This document shows positions 6,720 to 16,242 of a stretch of DNA of 41,667 bases, piece after piece. The DNA is from Deltaproteobacteria bacterium (GTDB taxonomy: Bacteria; Myxococcota; JACRCW01). The notes below the pieces were generated by a model that worked only from the letters and a program-made list of their open reading frames with translations, had not been told where the DNA came from and did no database searches. The stretch is from the NCBI GenBank assembly GCA_016218805.1, contig JACRCW010000108.1, forward strand, positions 1-41,667. The letters are read 5' to 3'. Each line of letters begins with the position of its first letter. Position 1 is the stretch's first letter. A program made the position numbers and the translations under genes.

Positions 6720-9464
6720 ATGCAGAACCTGAGGGTTTTGGGGATCCTGGCTACGACGGCAATGGCCCTTTTTTCAGGCTGCGTAGAGGAGCGCAACACG
6801 GGCAGCTCGTCATCATCCTCATCGTCTTCCTCTTCCTCATCATCATCCTCATCGTCTTCCTCTTCCTCATCATCTTCCTCGTCGTCTTCCTCGTCATCGT
6901 CGTCGTCCGGGGGCGGCTCCAGCGGTCAGGCGGGCAGCAGCAGTTCCGCGGCAACGTCCGCCGGGAGTGGCGGTGCGTCCAGCACGGGCAATGGTTCGTC
7001 CGGCTATGTGTGCAACGCAGAGGCGCCCGTGTGTGCGCCGGCGTGCGGCAGCACCCAGTTGTGCAATTCAGCCTGTTCCTGCGTGGACCTCCCGCCGGTG
7101 GTGGAATTGGGACGGGACAGCCGCTCCAGCACCGTGGACATCAACGTCCAGGACACGGTGGTGGCCGCCGCCAACCGCGACCACGGAAGTGTGAGCTTCC
7201 TGAACACCACCACCAATACGGTGGCTTCCCGCGTCACGGTGCCTGATCCGCGCAGCGTGGTCTTTTCCCCCAGCGGGAGCGTCGTCTACGTGAGCGCGTC
7301 GGACGGAATCCACCGCATCACCGGGGCGGACTCACTGTCTCCCGTGCTGGGCCCCGCCCTGGCGGCCTGCGCGGAGCCACAGGGCATTGCGCTGCTTCCC
7401 AGCGGCAACAGGCTCGTGGTGGCGTGCCTGGAGGGCGTGGTGGTGTGGGTGGACACCAGTTCCGCCAGCCTGTCCGTGACCGCCACGGTGAACCTGCGGG
7501 GCGCGTTGGCGCAACACGGTGGGACGCTCCCGCCCAACGCAGCAGCCGTGGCGGTTGCTGTCACCAACAATCGCGACGGACAGGATGCGGATGAGCGGAT
7601 CGTGGTGCCACTGTTCTACGACGAGCCCGTGGATGTGGCGGGCCCGGCGGACGTGGACGTCGCCGGGGTCGGCGTTGTGGCCGTGCTGAGCGCCGACGGC
7701 TCCCTCACCCACCGGATTGACCTGCTCCCCGAGGCGGACACCGGCTTTGGTGCGGGTGCGTTCATGAATCAGCTCTCCAACGTGTGGGTGCAGGGTGACC
7801 GCGCGTACGTGCTCGCGCTCGCCGCGGGCCCCAAGGGCGCCCCCGGACCCGCCGCAGGCAATTCCAACCCGGACGCCGGGCCCATCGTCGTTGCCGGGAG
7901 CCAGAACACGTTGCCGTTCTTCATCACGCTGGACCTGGCCACGGGAACTGAACTGCACCGCATCAACCTCAACGCGGAAATGCGCGCCAAGGCCGGCGCC
8001 ATCCGGTTTTTCAGCGTCCTCTCCGGGCTTGCCTTTGTGCCGGGAACCAACATTGTCTACGTCACCAGCATTGCCTCAGACGCGCTGGTGCGCATGAAGG
8101 TCAACGCGGATGGCTCGCTGGCACCGGATGGCGGTTCCAACGGCTTTGGGAGCGCGCTCAACAACTTCATCCCGCTGGACAAGGCGCCGTCCGGGGTGAC
8201 CATCAGCCACGGAGTCAGCGGGTTCAAGGGCTACGTGGTCAACGACGTCAGCCGCAGCGTGCAGGTGGTGACGTTTGCCACCCAGGCAGTGAGCGCCACC
8301 GTGGAAAGCGCGCCGTTGCCGGCCGTGGGCAGCACGGAGGAGAAGGTTCTGGCGGGAAAGCGGTTCTTCTTCACCTCCACCGCGCGCTGGGGAAACAACG
8401 GGATGGTGGGCTGCCTGGCGTGTCATCCCGGGCAGGGGGCGCTGTCGGACAACGTCACCTGGTATTTTGCGGCCGGGCCGCGCCAGACCGTCGCGCTGGA
8501 CGCCATGTTCGGCAAGGTGGGTGACAGCGCCAGCGGCGCTCCCAACCCGCTGGATGCGCGCGTGCTCAACTGGACGGCCATCTTTGACGAAATGCACGAT
8601 TTTGAACTCAACGTCCGCGGCGTGTCCGCGGGCGTGGGAGCCATTGTCACGGATCCCGCGCTGGACCTGGCAAAGCGCGTCAACCTTGCCACCGCGGGTC
8701 CCGGCGGCGCCCCCGCACAGTTCCTCCGCAATTCAGCCAAGGTGATTGTGTGTGATGTCAGCGTGAACAAGGACTGGGATGCCATTGAATTGTTCAGCCA
8801 GGGCCTGCGGACCCCGGCGTCACCGCAGACCAACGCCACCGCCATTGCGCGCGGCCGGCTGCTGTTTGACCAGGGAGGGACGGGCGCGCCGGAAGGCGGG
8901 CGCTGCACGCTGTGCCACGCCGGCAGCAAGTGGACCGTGAGCCGGCTTCCCTATGACCCCGCGGACAACACGGGCGGGACGCTGGCGGCGGAGCGAGCGC
9001 GCGCGGTCACCTACACCGGCGGCGCCTTCAACCAGGACACCACCGTGATTGCAGCGGATGACGTCCCTGACGGCACCGGCGTCCCGGTTCCCAAGCTGGA
9101 CCGCGTGGCCTGTGTGCTCAGGCGGGTGGGCACGTTTGACGCCAGCAGTGCGTTTGAGGTCCGCCAGAACATGGCCGCAGGCAACACCGCGCAGGGTGCG
9201 CGCGGGTTCAACCCGCCGTCGCTGCTGGGCGTGCGGTATGGGTCGCCCTACCTGCATGGGGGCACGGTCCGGACGCTCACCGAATTGTTTTCTCCGGCTT
9301 TTGATGCGCACACCACGGCGGGAAACCCCAACTTCCTCGCCAACGCAAACACCCGGACGCAGGACGTGGCGGACCTGGTGGCGTTCCTTGAGTCCATTGA
9401 CGACACGACGGAAGTGTTCCCGATCCCGGCCGGGGCCATCCTGTGCCCGGCGACGATCCCGTAA
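6720..9464 (+). CDS. Lipoprotein: poly-Ser linker, YVTN/YncE-like beta-propeller and di-heme cytochrome c peroxidase/MauG-like domain
   Basis: Lipobox LFSGC; propeller blades (PRSVVFSPSG, PQGIALLPSG, YVVNDVSRSVQV); two heme motifs CLACH and CTLCH; GKRFF and GRLLF; PSLLG...PYLHGG; DLVAFLESID. Confidence 0.85.
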   Translation: MQNLRVLGILATTAMALFSGCVEERNTGSSSSSSSSSSSSSSSSSSSSSSSSSSSSSSSSSSSGGGSSGQAGSSSSAATSAGSGGASSTGNGSSGYVCNAEAPVCAPACGSTQLCNSACSCVDLPPVVELGRDSRSSTVDINVQDTVVAAANRDHGSVSFLNTTTNTVASRVTVPDPRSVVFSPSGSVVYVSASDGIHRITGADSLSPVLGPALAACAEPQGIALLPSGNRLVVACLEGVVVWVDTSSASLSVTATVNLRGALAQHGGTLPPNAAAVAVAVTNNRDGQDADERIVVPLFYDEPVDVAGPADVDVAGVGVVAVLSADGSLTHRIDLLPEADTGFGAGAFMNQLSNVWVQGDRAYVLALAAGPKGAPGPAAGNSNPDAGPIVVAGSQNTLPFFITLDLATGTELHRINLNAEMRAKAGAIRFFSVLSGLAFVPGTNIVYVTSIASDALVRMKVNADGSLAPDGGSNGFGSALNNFIPLDKAPSGVTISHGVSGFKGYVVNDVSRSVQVVTFATQAVSATVESAPLPAVGSTEEKVLAGKRFFFTSTARWGNNGMVGCLACHPGQGALSDNVTWYFAAGPRQTVALDAMFGKVGDSASGAPNPLDARVLNWTAIFDEMHDFELNVRGVSAGVGAIVTDPALDLAKRVNLATAGPGGAPAQFLRNSAKVIVCDVSVNKDWDAIELFSQGLRTPASPQTNATAIARGRLLFDQGGTGAPEGGRCTLCHAGSKWTVSRLPYDPADNTGGTLAAERARAVTYTGGAFNQDTTVIAADDVPDGTGVPVPKLDRVACVLRRVGTFDASSAFEVRQNMAAGNTAQGARGFNPPSLLGVRYGSPYLHGGTVRTLTELFSPAFDAHTTAGNPNFLANANTRTQDVADLVAFLESIDDTTEVFPIPAGAILCPATIP
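6804..6908 (+). repeat. Poly-serine tract (35 Ser codons) containing a perfect 30-bp tandem duplication
   Basis: 6811-6840 is identical to 6841-6870 (catcatcctcatcgtcttcctcttcctcat). Confidence 0.95.
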
Positions 9465-9478
9465 GCCGGGAGCCTGCA

Positions 9479-11806
9479 TTACCGTTTCAGCAGCGCCTCA
9501 AACGGCCGGTTGGCAAAACCCGCCCCGGTGGATGACGGCGGCCGCGGTCCGTCATTTCCGCGCTTTTCTCCGGGCCCGCGCCGCGGCGCGCCGTCCTCGC
9601 GCTTCCCGAACGCGCCGCCCTTGGGGCCCTCCCCCTGCCGCGCGGTCAGCGCAATGCGCTTGCGCACCATGTCAATCTCCAGCACGCGCACCTTGAGCTT
9701 GTCGCCCGCTTGCACCACCTCTTTGGGGTCCTTGATGAACTTGTCGGACAGCTGGCTCACGTGCACCAGCCCGTCCTGGTGCACGCCAATGTCCACAAAC
9801 GCGCCAAACGCGGTCACGTTGGTGACCACGCCCTCCAGCGTCATGCCCGGCTTGAGGTCCTCCATCGTGCGCACGTCGTCGCGGAACGCGGGCGGGGCAA
9901 ACTCCGCGCGCGGGTCCCGCCCGGGCTTCTTCATCTCATCCAGGATGTCCCTGAGCGTGGGCTCACCCACCTCCGGCGTCACGTACTTCTTCCACTCAAT
10001 GCGCCTGGCCAGCTCCGCGTTGCCCACCAGCGCGCCCACTTCCACGCCCAGGTCCCGGGCCATCTGCTCCACCAGCGCGTAGCGCTCCGGGTGCACCGCG
10101 GAGGCGTCCAGCGGGTGCGCACCGCCGCGGATGCGCAGGAATCCCGCGCATTGCTCAAACGCGCGCGGTCCCAGGCCGCTCACCTCCTTCACCTTGGCGC
10201 GGGAGGCAAACGCACCCTTCTGGTTGCGGTACTCCACAATCTTCTTGGCCAAAGACGGGCCAATGCCCGCCACGTACTTCAGCAGTGACGCGGACGCGGT
10301 GTTGATGTCCACGCCCACCTGGTTGACGCAGCTCTCCACCACCTCGTCCAGCTTCTTGGACAGCAACGGCTGGAACACGTCGTGCTGGTACTGCCCCACG
10401 CCAATGCTCTTGGGGTCCACCTTCACCAGCTCGGCCAGCGGGTCCTGCAGCCGCCGCGCAATGGAGATGGCGCCGCGCACCGTCAGGTCCAGGTCCGGGA
10501 ATTCCTCGCGCGCCACGTCGGAAGCGGAGTACACGCTGGCCCCCGCTTCATTGACCATGACGGGGAAGATGCCCTGCTGCGCGCTCTTCTTGAGCACGTC
10601 CCGCACAAACGACTCCGTCTCCCGCCCGTGCGTTCCGTTGCCCACCGCAATGGCCACGGGCTTGAAGCGCTCCACCAGGCCCAGCAGGATCGCTTCGGAC
10701 TTGTGCAGCGCGCCCTCACCCTGCACCAGCATCAGCAGCGTGTGGTCCAGCAGCTTCCCGGTCTGGTCCACCACCGCCACCTTGCACCCGGTGCGCTGCC
10801 CCGGATCAATGCCAATCACCGCGCGCGGCCCCAGCGGCGCCGCCAGCAGCAGCGCGCGGAGATTCTGCGCAAAGATGTCCACCGCTTCGCGGTCCGCGCG
10901 CAGCTTGAGGTCCACGCGCACGTCCGTCTCCACGGATGGCGCGATGAGCCGCTTCCACGCCTCCGCCAGCGCTTGGTCCATCTGTGCGGCCCACGGTGAC
11001 CGCGCATCGCGCTTCATCAGCCGCGCCAGTTCGCGCTGCGCCTTGTCCTCGTCCACGGCAAGCCGCACCCGCAGCACGTTCTCCACTTCACCGCGCCGCA
11101 CGGCCAAAAACCGGTGTGACGGGATGGTGCGGCACGGTTCGCGGAAGTCGTAATACATCTCAAACTTGGTGGGCGCGGTGATATCGGGCGCTTTCTCAAC
11201 GGTGACCTCGCCCTCGTCCAGGAACAGTGACCGGGCAAAGGTGCGCACATCCGCGCTTTCGCTCGCCGTTTCCGCCACAATGTCCCGCGCGCCCTGCAGC
11301 GCGGCTTTCACGTCCGGGACCTCCTTGGCCGCGTCCACGTACGCCGCCGCCTCGGTCTCCGGGTTGCCATCCGGCGGTTGCGCCAACATGCGGAGGCCCA
11401 GCGCCTCCAGGCCGCGCTCCCGCGCGATCATGGCGCGCGTGCGCCGCTTGGGCTTGTAGGGGAGGTAGAGATCCTCCAGTTCCTGCTTCTGCCCGGCCGC
11501 CAGGATGCGCTGGCGCAGTGCGTCGGTCAGCTTTCCCTGCTTGCCAATCTCGTCAAGAATGGTGGCACGGCGCGCTTCCAGTTCCAGCACGTACGCGCGC
11601 TTCTCCTCAATGTTGCGGATCTGCACTTCATCCAGGCCGCCGGTGGCCTCCTTGCGGTAGCGCGCAATGAACGGGACGGTGGCACCGCCCTCCAGCAACG
11701 CAACGACGGAGGCCACGCTTGGGGCGGGCAACTGCAGCGCGACGGCGATGGCGGGGACGGGGTTGTACGGCGGGGAAGCGGTGGCGGTGGAGGTTGCCTG
11801 CGTCAT
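9479..11806 (-). CDS. tex: Tex/YhgF RNA-binding transcriptional accessory protein
   Basis: GATVPFIARYRKEATGGLDE, LEDLYLPYKPKRRTRA, GIDPG.RTGCK, SIARRLQDPLAELVK, HhH and C-terminal S1 domain. Confidence 0.97.
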   Translation of the reverse strand: MTQATSTATASPPYNPVPAIAVALQLPAPSVASVVALLEGGATVPFIARYRKEATGGLDEVQIRNIEEKRAYVLELEARRATILDEIGKQGKLTDALRQRILAAGQKQELEDLYLPYKPKRRTRAMIARERGLEALGLRMLAQPPDGNPETEAAAYVDAAKEVPDVKAALQGARDIVAETASESADVRTFARSLFLDEGEVTVEKAPDITAPTKFEMYYDFREPCRTIPSHRFLAVRRGEVENVLRVRLAVDEDKAQRELARLMKRDARSPWAAQMDQALAEAWKRLIAPSVETDVRVDLKLRADREAVDIFAQNLRALLLAAPLGPRAVIGIDPGQRTGCKVAVVDQTGKLLDHTLLMLVQGEGALHKSEAILLGLVERFKPVAIAVGNGTHGRETESFVRDVLKKSAQQGIFPVMVNEAGASVYSASDVAREEFPDLDLTVRGAISIARRLQDPLAELVKVDPKSIGVGQYQHDVFQPLLSKKLDEVVESCVNQVGVDINTASASLLKYVAGIGPSLAKKIVEYRNQKGAFASRAKVKEVSGLGPRAFEQCAGFLRIRGGAHPLDASAVHPERYALVEQMARDLGVEVGALVGNAELARRIEWKKYVTPEVGEPTLRDILDEMKKPGRDPRAEFAPPAFRDDVRTMEDLKPGMTLEGVVTNVTAFGAFVDIGVHQDGLVHVSQLSDKFIKDPKEVVQAGDKLKVRVLEIDMVRKRIALTARQGEGPKGGAFGKREDGAPRRGPGEKRGNDGPRPPSSTGAGFANRPFEALLKR

Positions 11807-11943
11807 GGTCCGGTTGGCTTTCCAGAACGGTGAGGGGGCGCGCTGTGTCGAGGAACCACCGGGCCGCTGTCAAGAACCCGCGTGCGCCCGCGCAATGTGT
11901 GTGGGAGGATGCGCGCGGCAGTGAACCTCAAGGAGGCAAGGCC

Positions 11944-12048
11944 ATGGCCAAGGGACAGGAAGGCAAGGGTAAGACCAACAAACCCAAGCTCAGCGCGGCG
12001 GACAAGCAGAAGAAGAAGAAGGAGAAGGCAGCCGCCAAGGGGAAGTGA
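11944..12048 (+). CDS. Small Lys-rich basic protein, 34 aa (MAKGQEGKGKTNKPKLSAADKQKKKKEKAAAKGK)
   Basis: Strong AAGGAGG RBS just upstream of the ATG, consistent AAG/GCC codon use, and a hairpin downstream. Confidence 0.75.
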   Translation: MAKGQEGKGKTNKPKLSAADKQKKKKEKAAAKGK

Positions 12049-12064
12049 TCCACCCCGGCTGACT

Positions 12065-12100
12065 CCGTGCGGGCGCCGGGGGGGCGCCCTGCGCGGGTTT
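12065..12100 (+). terminator. GC-rich stem-loop after the small peptide gene (terminator/attenuator)
   Basis: ccgtgc-gggcgcc / ggcgccc-t-gcgcgg stem followed by a short gttt. Confidence 0.45.
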
Positions 12101-12120
12101 CGCGCGGTCCCGGCACCACC

Positions 12121-13434
12121 GTGGTCAATCTCGTCATCACCAACGCGTGCAATCTGGCCTGCCCGTTCTGCTTTGCGTCCGAATACCTGGCGGACGGCGC
12201 GGCGGATGCGGAGCGCATGAGCCTGGAACAGTTCCGGCGTCACGTGGCGTGGGCCGGCGGTGACACGGTCCGCTTCTGCGGCGGCGAGCCCACGGTGCAC
12301 CCGGACTTCCTGGAGCTGCTGGCGCTGGCGTTGGACCAGGACGGGCGGCGCGCGTTCATCATGACCAATGGCGTGTGGCCGGACGCGGTGCGGCGCCGCC
12401 TGGCGGAACTGCCCACCGGCCAGGCCGTGCGCATCACCTACCTGTTCAACGTGCTGGAGCCCGCGTTCTACACGGCGGCGCAGGCGCACATGTTGGACCA
12501 GACGCTGGCCGCCCCCAACCCGCTGGCCATCACGCTGGGGCTCACGCTGCACCGCGCGGACCAGGACGTGGACCACGTGTTCCACCGCGCGCGGCGGCAC
12601 GGCATCCGGCGCATCCGCTACAGCGTCGCCTCGCCCAACGCCACCGACCCGGGGTCATGGTTGCTGGACGCGCGGCGGGATTTCCCCGCGCTGGCAGCGC
12701 TGGTGCACCGCGTGGTGATGGAAGGCCGTGCGCGCGGGCTTACCGTGCATTCTGACTGCGGCTACATCCCGCCGTGCCTGTTCACCGACGCGCAGCGACG
12801 TGACCTGGAGACGCCCCATCCGTCTGCCCCCGGCCCGGCGTACACGTGCAACGGCCCGGTGGACCTGGGTCCCACCGGCGAAGCGTGGCGCTGCTACGGC
12901 CTGTATTCCGTGGTGCGCGCGCACACACGCGAGCACGCGGACGCGGCTTCCCTGCACGACGCGTTTGAGCGCCGCGCGCATGAACTGGGTGACGCGAATC
13001 TCCTGTTTGACGAGTGCGCGGCGTGTGACTGGCGCGCCCGCGGTCAATGTGCGGGGGGCTGCTACGCGCTGCGCGTCACGGCAACGGCGCGCCAGCATGC
13101 CTCCGGTGCCGGGGTGGACCTGGCGGATGATGAGAGCCTGCGTGCCGCGGTGCCGCGGCTGAACGCGGGCGCGTTTCATGTGACGGGCGGGCGCCTGCCG
13201 GTGCTCATGGTGCGCGAAGACGGCGCGTGGGCGCCGCTGGACGCGTCCCCCGTGGAGGAACGCCTGCTCGGCTGTTGCGACGGCGTGCGTGACGTTGGGG
13301 CCCTTGCCGTGGAACTGGCGCGCGGGCTGGGCCGTGCGGTTCCCGTTCCGGAGGTGGCGCGCGCGCTGCGCCGCCTGCAGGGCCGCGGTGTCGTCGGATG
13401 GGTGGCCGCGCCGGGGCGCGGTCCGCTAGCGTGA
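12121..13434 (+). CDS. Radical SAM/SPASM-domain protein with C-terminal PqqD/RRE-like winged helix
   Basis: CNLACPFC (CxxxCxxC), GGEPT, IMTNG; SPASM cysteines C..GPVDLGPTGEAWRC...CAAC...CAGGC; C-terminal RLLGCCDGVRDVGALAVEL...LRRLQGRGVV. Start GTG 12121 (alternative 12067). Confidence 0.88.
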   Translation: MVNLVITNACNLACPFCFASEYLADGAADAERMSLEQFRRHVAWAGGDTVRFCGGEPTVHPDFLELLALALDQDGRRAFIMTNGVWPDAVRRRLAELPTGQAVRITYLFNVLEPAFYTAAQAHMLDQTLAAPNPLAITLGLTLHRADQDVDHVFHRARRHGIRRIRYSVASPNATDPGSWLLDARRDFPALAALVHRVVMEGRARGLTVHSDCGYIPPCLFTDAQRRDLETPHPSAPGPAYTCNGPVDLGPTGEAWRCYGLYSVVRAHTREHADAASLHDAFERRAHELGDANLLFDECAACDWRARGQCAGGCYALRVTATARQHASGAGVDLADDESLRAAVPRLNAGAFHVTGGRLPVLMVREDGAWAPLDASPVEERLLGCCDGVRDVGALAVELARGLGRAVPVPEVARALRRLQGRGVVGWVAAPGRGPLA

Positions 13435-13438
13435 GTCC

Positions 13439-15007
13439 ATGCTTGCGCTGATCGCCCTGCTTGCTGGCGCCGCTGTGGACGGCGGCCCCGCCCCGGTGGT
13501 GGACGTCCTGCAGGTGGCCACCTGCCAGTCCCAGGGCGGCGAATACGACGTCACGCTGGAAGGAACCCTGGTGCTGCACCGGGATTTCCTGGACCCCGCG
13601 GTGCCGCCGGAACAGCACGCGCGCGCCGCGGTGCTGCACCAACTCAAGTACGTGTGGGGCTGGCTGCGCACCAACCCGGAGGCCGCGCGGACGCTCCAGG
13701 CGGTGCTCTCCGCCGTGGAGCCGCCCATTGAGGTGCGCGCCATCAAGCCGGGGAAATACGGCCACGCCATGGACATCACGTTCACGGAGGAGAAGCCGCA
13801 CCTGGTGATTGATGACCCCTACCAGGTGCGCGCGCTCAAGCGCGGCCGCACGCGCGTGAATGATCCCGCCCTCATGGTGGACTACCGCGTGGTGTTCCGC
13901 ATGGGGCTGTGCGGTCCTGCGCGTGACCGCGTGAGCACGCTGACCCTGCCGTTGCCGCGTGACCCGTGGCTCATGCACTGGCACGTCCCCCGCAGCCAGC
14001 ACCGCCTGCTGCGCTATTACACCAAGAGCGCCGTCACCAACCCCTGCGCTGACGACGACTACGCGGACCTGCCGCACCCCATCTACTACTGGTACGACTG
14101 GCAGCCCGACCGGCACGGGCCGGACGCCAACCACCGGGCCTTTGATTGCCGGAAGCTCCTCAAAGAAGGCCGGGACTACTTCCCGCACACGCTGCAACTG
14201 GTGCGCGTGGCGGAGCCCACCGGTGATTTCTCCCTGCTGCGGGACGAGCTGGCGCGGGACAGCGGACCGGTGCGCGTGACGCTGCTGTACGGCGTGCTGG
14301 ATCACGAGGTGACCCAGCCCGACGTGGCGGCCCTGGCGGGGGAACTGGGTGCGGGCGCGCCGCTGGCCACACGCGTGGCGCAGGCCCACGCCGCCGCGCG
14401 CCCCCGCGAGCGTGCCGAACGGCAGCTGCTGGCGTTGCTGGAGGACCTGCCGCAGGTGCTGCAGGTGGAGCGGCACACGGCGTCAGCGTCGGATGGGTAC
14501 TTCCACTTTGAGGCCCACGGGACCCTGGTGCGCAGCCGGCGGGCCGTGCGGCTGCGGGCGCACTACGGGCTGACCAACGTGTTCGGTCCGGTGCCGCCCG
14601 CCCACTGGCGCTACGCGCGGGAAGCGCTGGGGCAGGACCACGTTGTCATCTACGTCGGGCACTCGGGCATTGGGGAAAACGTGCGCCTGCTGCAGATTGA
14701 CCGGAACCTGGGCCTGCCGGCGGGACAGTTGGCCGGCGAGATCGCGCACGCGCCCTATCAGCTGGTCGCGTTCCTGAGCTGCTACTCGTACATGTACTTC
14801 GGGCAGGACATGCTGGAGGCGGGGGCCAAAGGCAGGGAATTCGTGTTCACGGGCACCGGGTACGGCCGGGGTGACCGGGGCGCGCTGATGGTGCTGGATG
14901 TGTTGGACCAGGCGCTGGCGCCGGACCGCGCACCGCTGCAGGTGCACTTCCTGGAACCCACGGATTTCATGCTTTTCAAGGCGCGTCACGGCGCCGCGGT
15001 GCGGTGA
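13439..15007 (+). CDS. Secreted hypothetical protein with a putative caspase/gingipain-like (clan CD) C-terminal domain
   Basis: Hydrophobic N-terminus MLALIALLAGAAV; VVIYVGHSG and LVAFLSCYS motifs 40 codons apart; 4 nt from the rSAM stop. Confidence 0.65.
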   Translation: MLALIALLAGAAVDGGPAPVVDVLQVATCQSQGGEYDVTLEGTLVLHRDFLDPAVPPEQHARAAVLHQLKYVWGWLRTNPEAARTLQAVLSAVEPPIEVRAIKPGKYGHAMDITFTEEKPHLVIDDPYQVRALKRGRTRVNDPALMVDYRVVFRMGLCGPARDRVSTLTLPLPRDPWLMHWHVPRSQHRLLRYYTKSAVTNPCADDDYADLPHPIYYWYDWQPDRHGPDANHRAFDCRKLLKEGRDYFPHTLQLVRVAEPTGDFSLLRDELARDSGPVRVTLLYGVLDHEVTQPDVAALAGELGAGAPLATRVAQAHAAARPRERAERQLLALLEDLPQVLQVERHTASASDGYFHFEAHGTLVRSRRAVRLRAHYGLTNVFGPVPPAHWRYAREALGQDHVVIYVGHSGIGENVRLLQIDRNLGLPAGQLAGEIAHAPYQLVAFLSCYSYMYFGQDMLEAGAKGREFVFTGTGYGRGDRGALMVLDVLDQALAPDRAPLQVHFLEPTDFMLFKARHGAAVR

Positions 15008-15018
15008 GGAGGCGCCCG

Positions 15019-16182
15019 TCACGGGCACCCGTCGCGGAGCAGCGCCAGCGTCGCATCCATGGCCGTGGCATCCTGTCCGTGCCGCCAGTACCAGAAGTAC
15101 GTTCCTGCGTTGCGCGCCGCGCAATACCGCTCGTGCAACACCGCGGGTTCCATGGGCGGATCCGGATTGTATTCATTCACCAGGCACGGCTTGCCGCCGC
15201 ACTGTGTGGGGTCGGCGGCCCGGTTCTGGTGCAACTCGCCAAAATCCACGCTTTCCAGCGCCACCGCCTGCGCATCTCCGGAATTCGTCCCAAACAGGTG
15301 GCGCTGGAAGCTGCGCTGGGCCTCCTCGTCACGGACCCGCGCGGCCAGGGATGCCGTCCATTCCGCCGAATACCCGTTCACCAGGCCAATCTCATTCCCG
15401 TCCTGGTAGATGACGTTGTCGAAATCCCCGGTTTCCTGCACCACCTTGCGGACCCACCGGTCGTGCACGCTGCCCGGCGCCACCGCGGCGGTGCCGGCCG
15501 CGGCGCACGCGTCCTCGCCCTGCACGTTGAACGCCGCGTCCCACGCGCTGTACCCGGGGATATCACCCCATTGGCAGTGCTTCACGGCCCACCCGTCAGC
15601 CAGGTCCACCTCCACGTAGAAGCCGTGCGTACGCGCGTAGGACAGCAGCGCGCGCACGCGCATCCAGAACGCCGGGTTGAACTGCGTCAGGTCCGCGCGG
15701 CCGCCGTGTTCCATGTACGGCCCGCCGGTGATTTCCCAGTCCGTTTCCCCGTTGCCCGTCGTCAGGAACGGGCCCAGGCGGGCATGCAGGAAGTTCATGT
15801 TGTACGTGCGCAGGCGGTCCACCCAGGCCTCGTCAAACAGCGGCCACCCAAACGCGCCCCCGCAGCACGAGATCGCGCCGCGGAAGTCCACCGCGCGCCC
15901 GTCCGCGTGCACCAGCACGCTACCCGCCGTGCGCAGCGGAGTGTCCGGTGAGGGCGCTCCCGCGTCGACCGCACCGCTGCCCGCGTCAGCCGTCCCGGTG
16001 CCGCTGTCCGCGGCGCCCGCGTCCGCGGGAGGCACCGTACTGGCGTCATGACCGGCGGCGCCGGAAGACGCCCCCGCACCGCCCACGCCAGCCGGACCGC
16101 CGTCCAAGGGGGAAGCGCCGCCGGGGCCGGCGGGAGCGCACGCGGTGAACAGCAGGGCGGCAAGCAGCGGGAGGCGTCGCAT
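15019..16182 (-). CDS. Lipoprotein with clan GH-A-like TIM-barrel glycoside hydrolase domain
   Basis: Lipobox LFTAC, DAG-rich linker, DLTQFNPAFW..V..LL.YA..HGFYVEVDL, NVIYQDGNE (acid/base) and KPCLVNEY (nucleophile). Confidence 0.7.
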   Translation of the reverse strand: MRRLPLLAALLFTACAPAGPGGASPLDGGPAGVGGAGASSGAAGHDASTVPPADAGAADSGTGTADAGSGAVDAGAPSPDTPLRTAGSVLVHADGRAVDFRGAISCCGGAFGWPLFDEAWVDRLRTYNMNFLHARLGPFLTTGNGETDWEITGGPYMEHGGRADLTQFNPAFWMRVRALLSYARTHGFYVEVDLADGWAVKHCQWGDIPGYSAWDAAFNVQGEDACAAAGTAAVAPGSVHDRWVRKVVQETGDFDNVIYQDGNEIGLVNGYSAEWTASLAARVRDEEAQRSFQRHLFGTNSGDAQAVALESVDFGELHQNRAADPTQCGGKPCLVNEYNPDPPMEPAVLHERYCAARNAGTYFWYWRHGQDATAMDATLALLRDGCP

Positions 16183-16242
16183 GCCCGCCGGATTACGCCC
16201 GCGGCGCACTGCCCGGCTTGTCCAGCCGCGCCAACCGCTTGT

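Noticed and set aside
11845..11873. TTGACA upstream of tex on the minus strand
   Set aside because: No credible -10 hexamer at 16-18 nt spacing.
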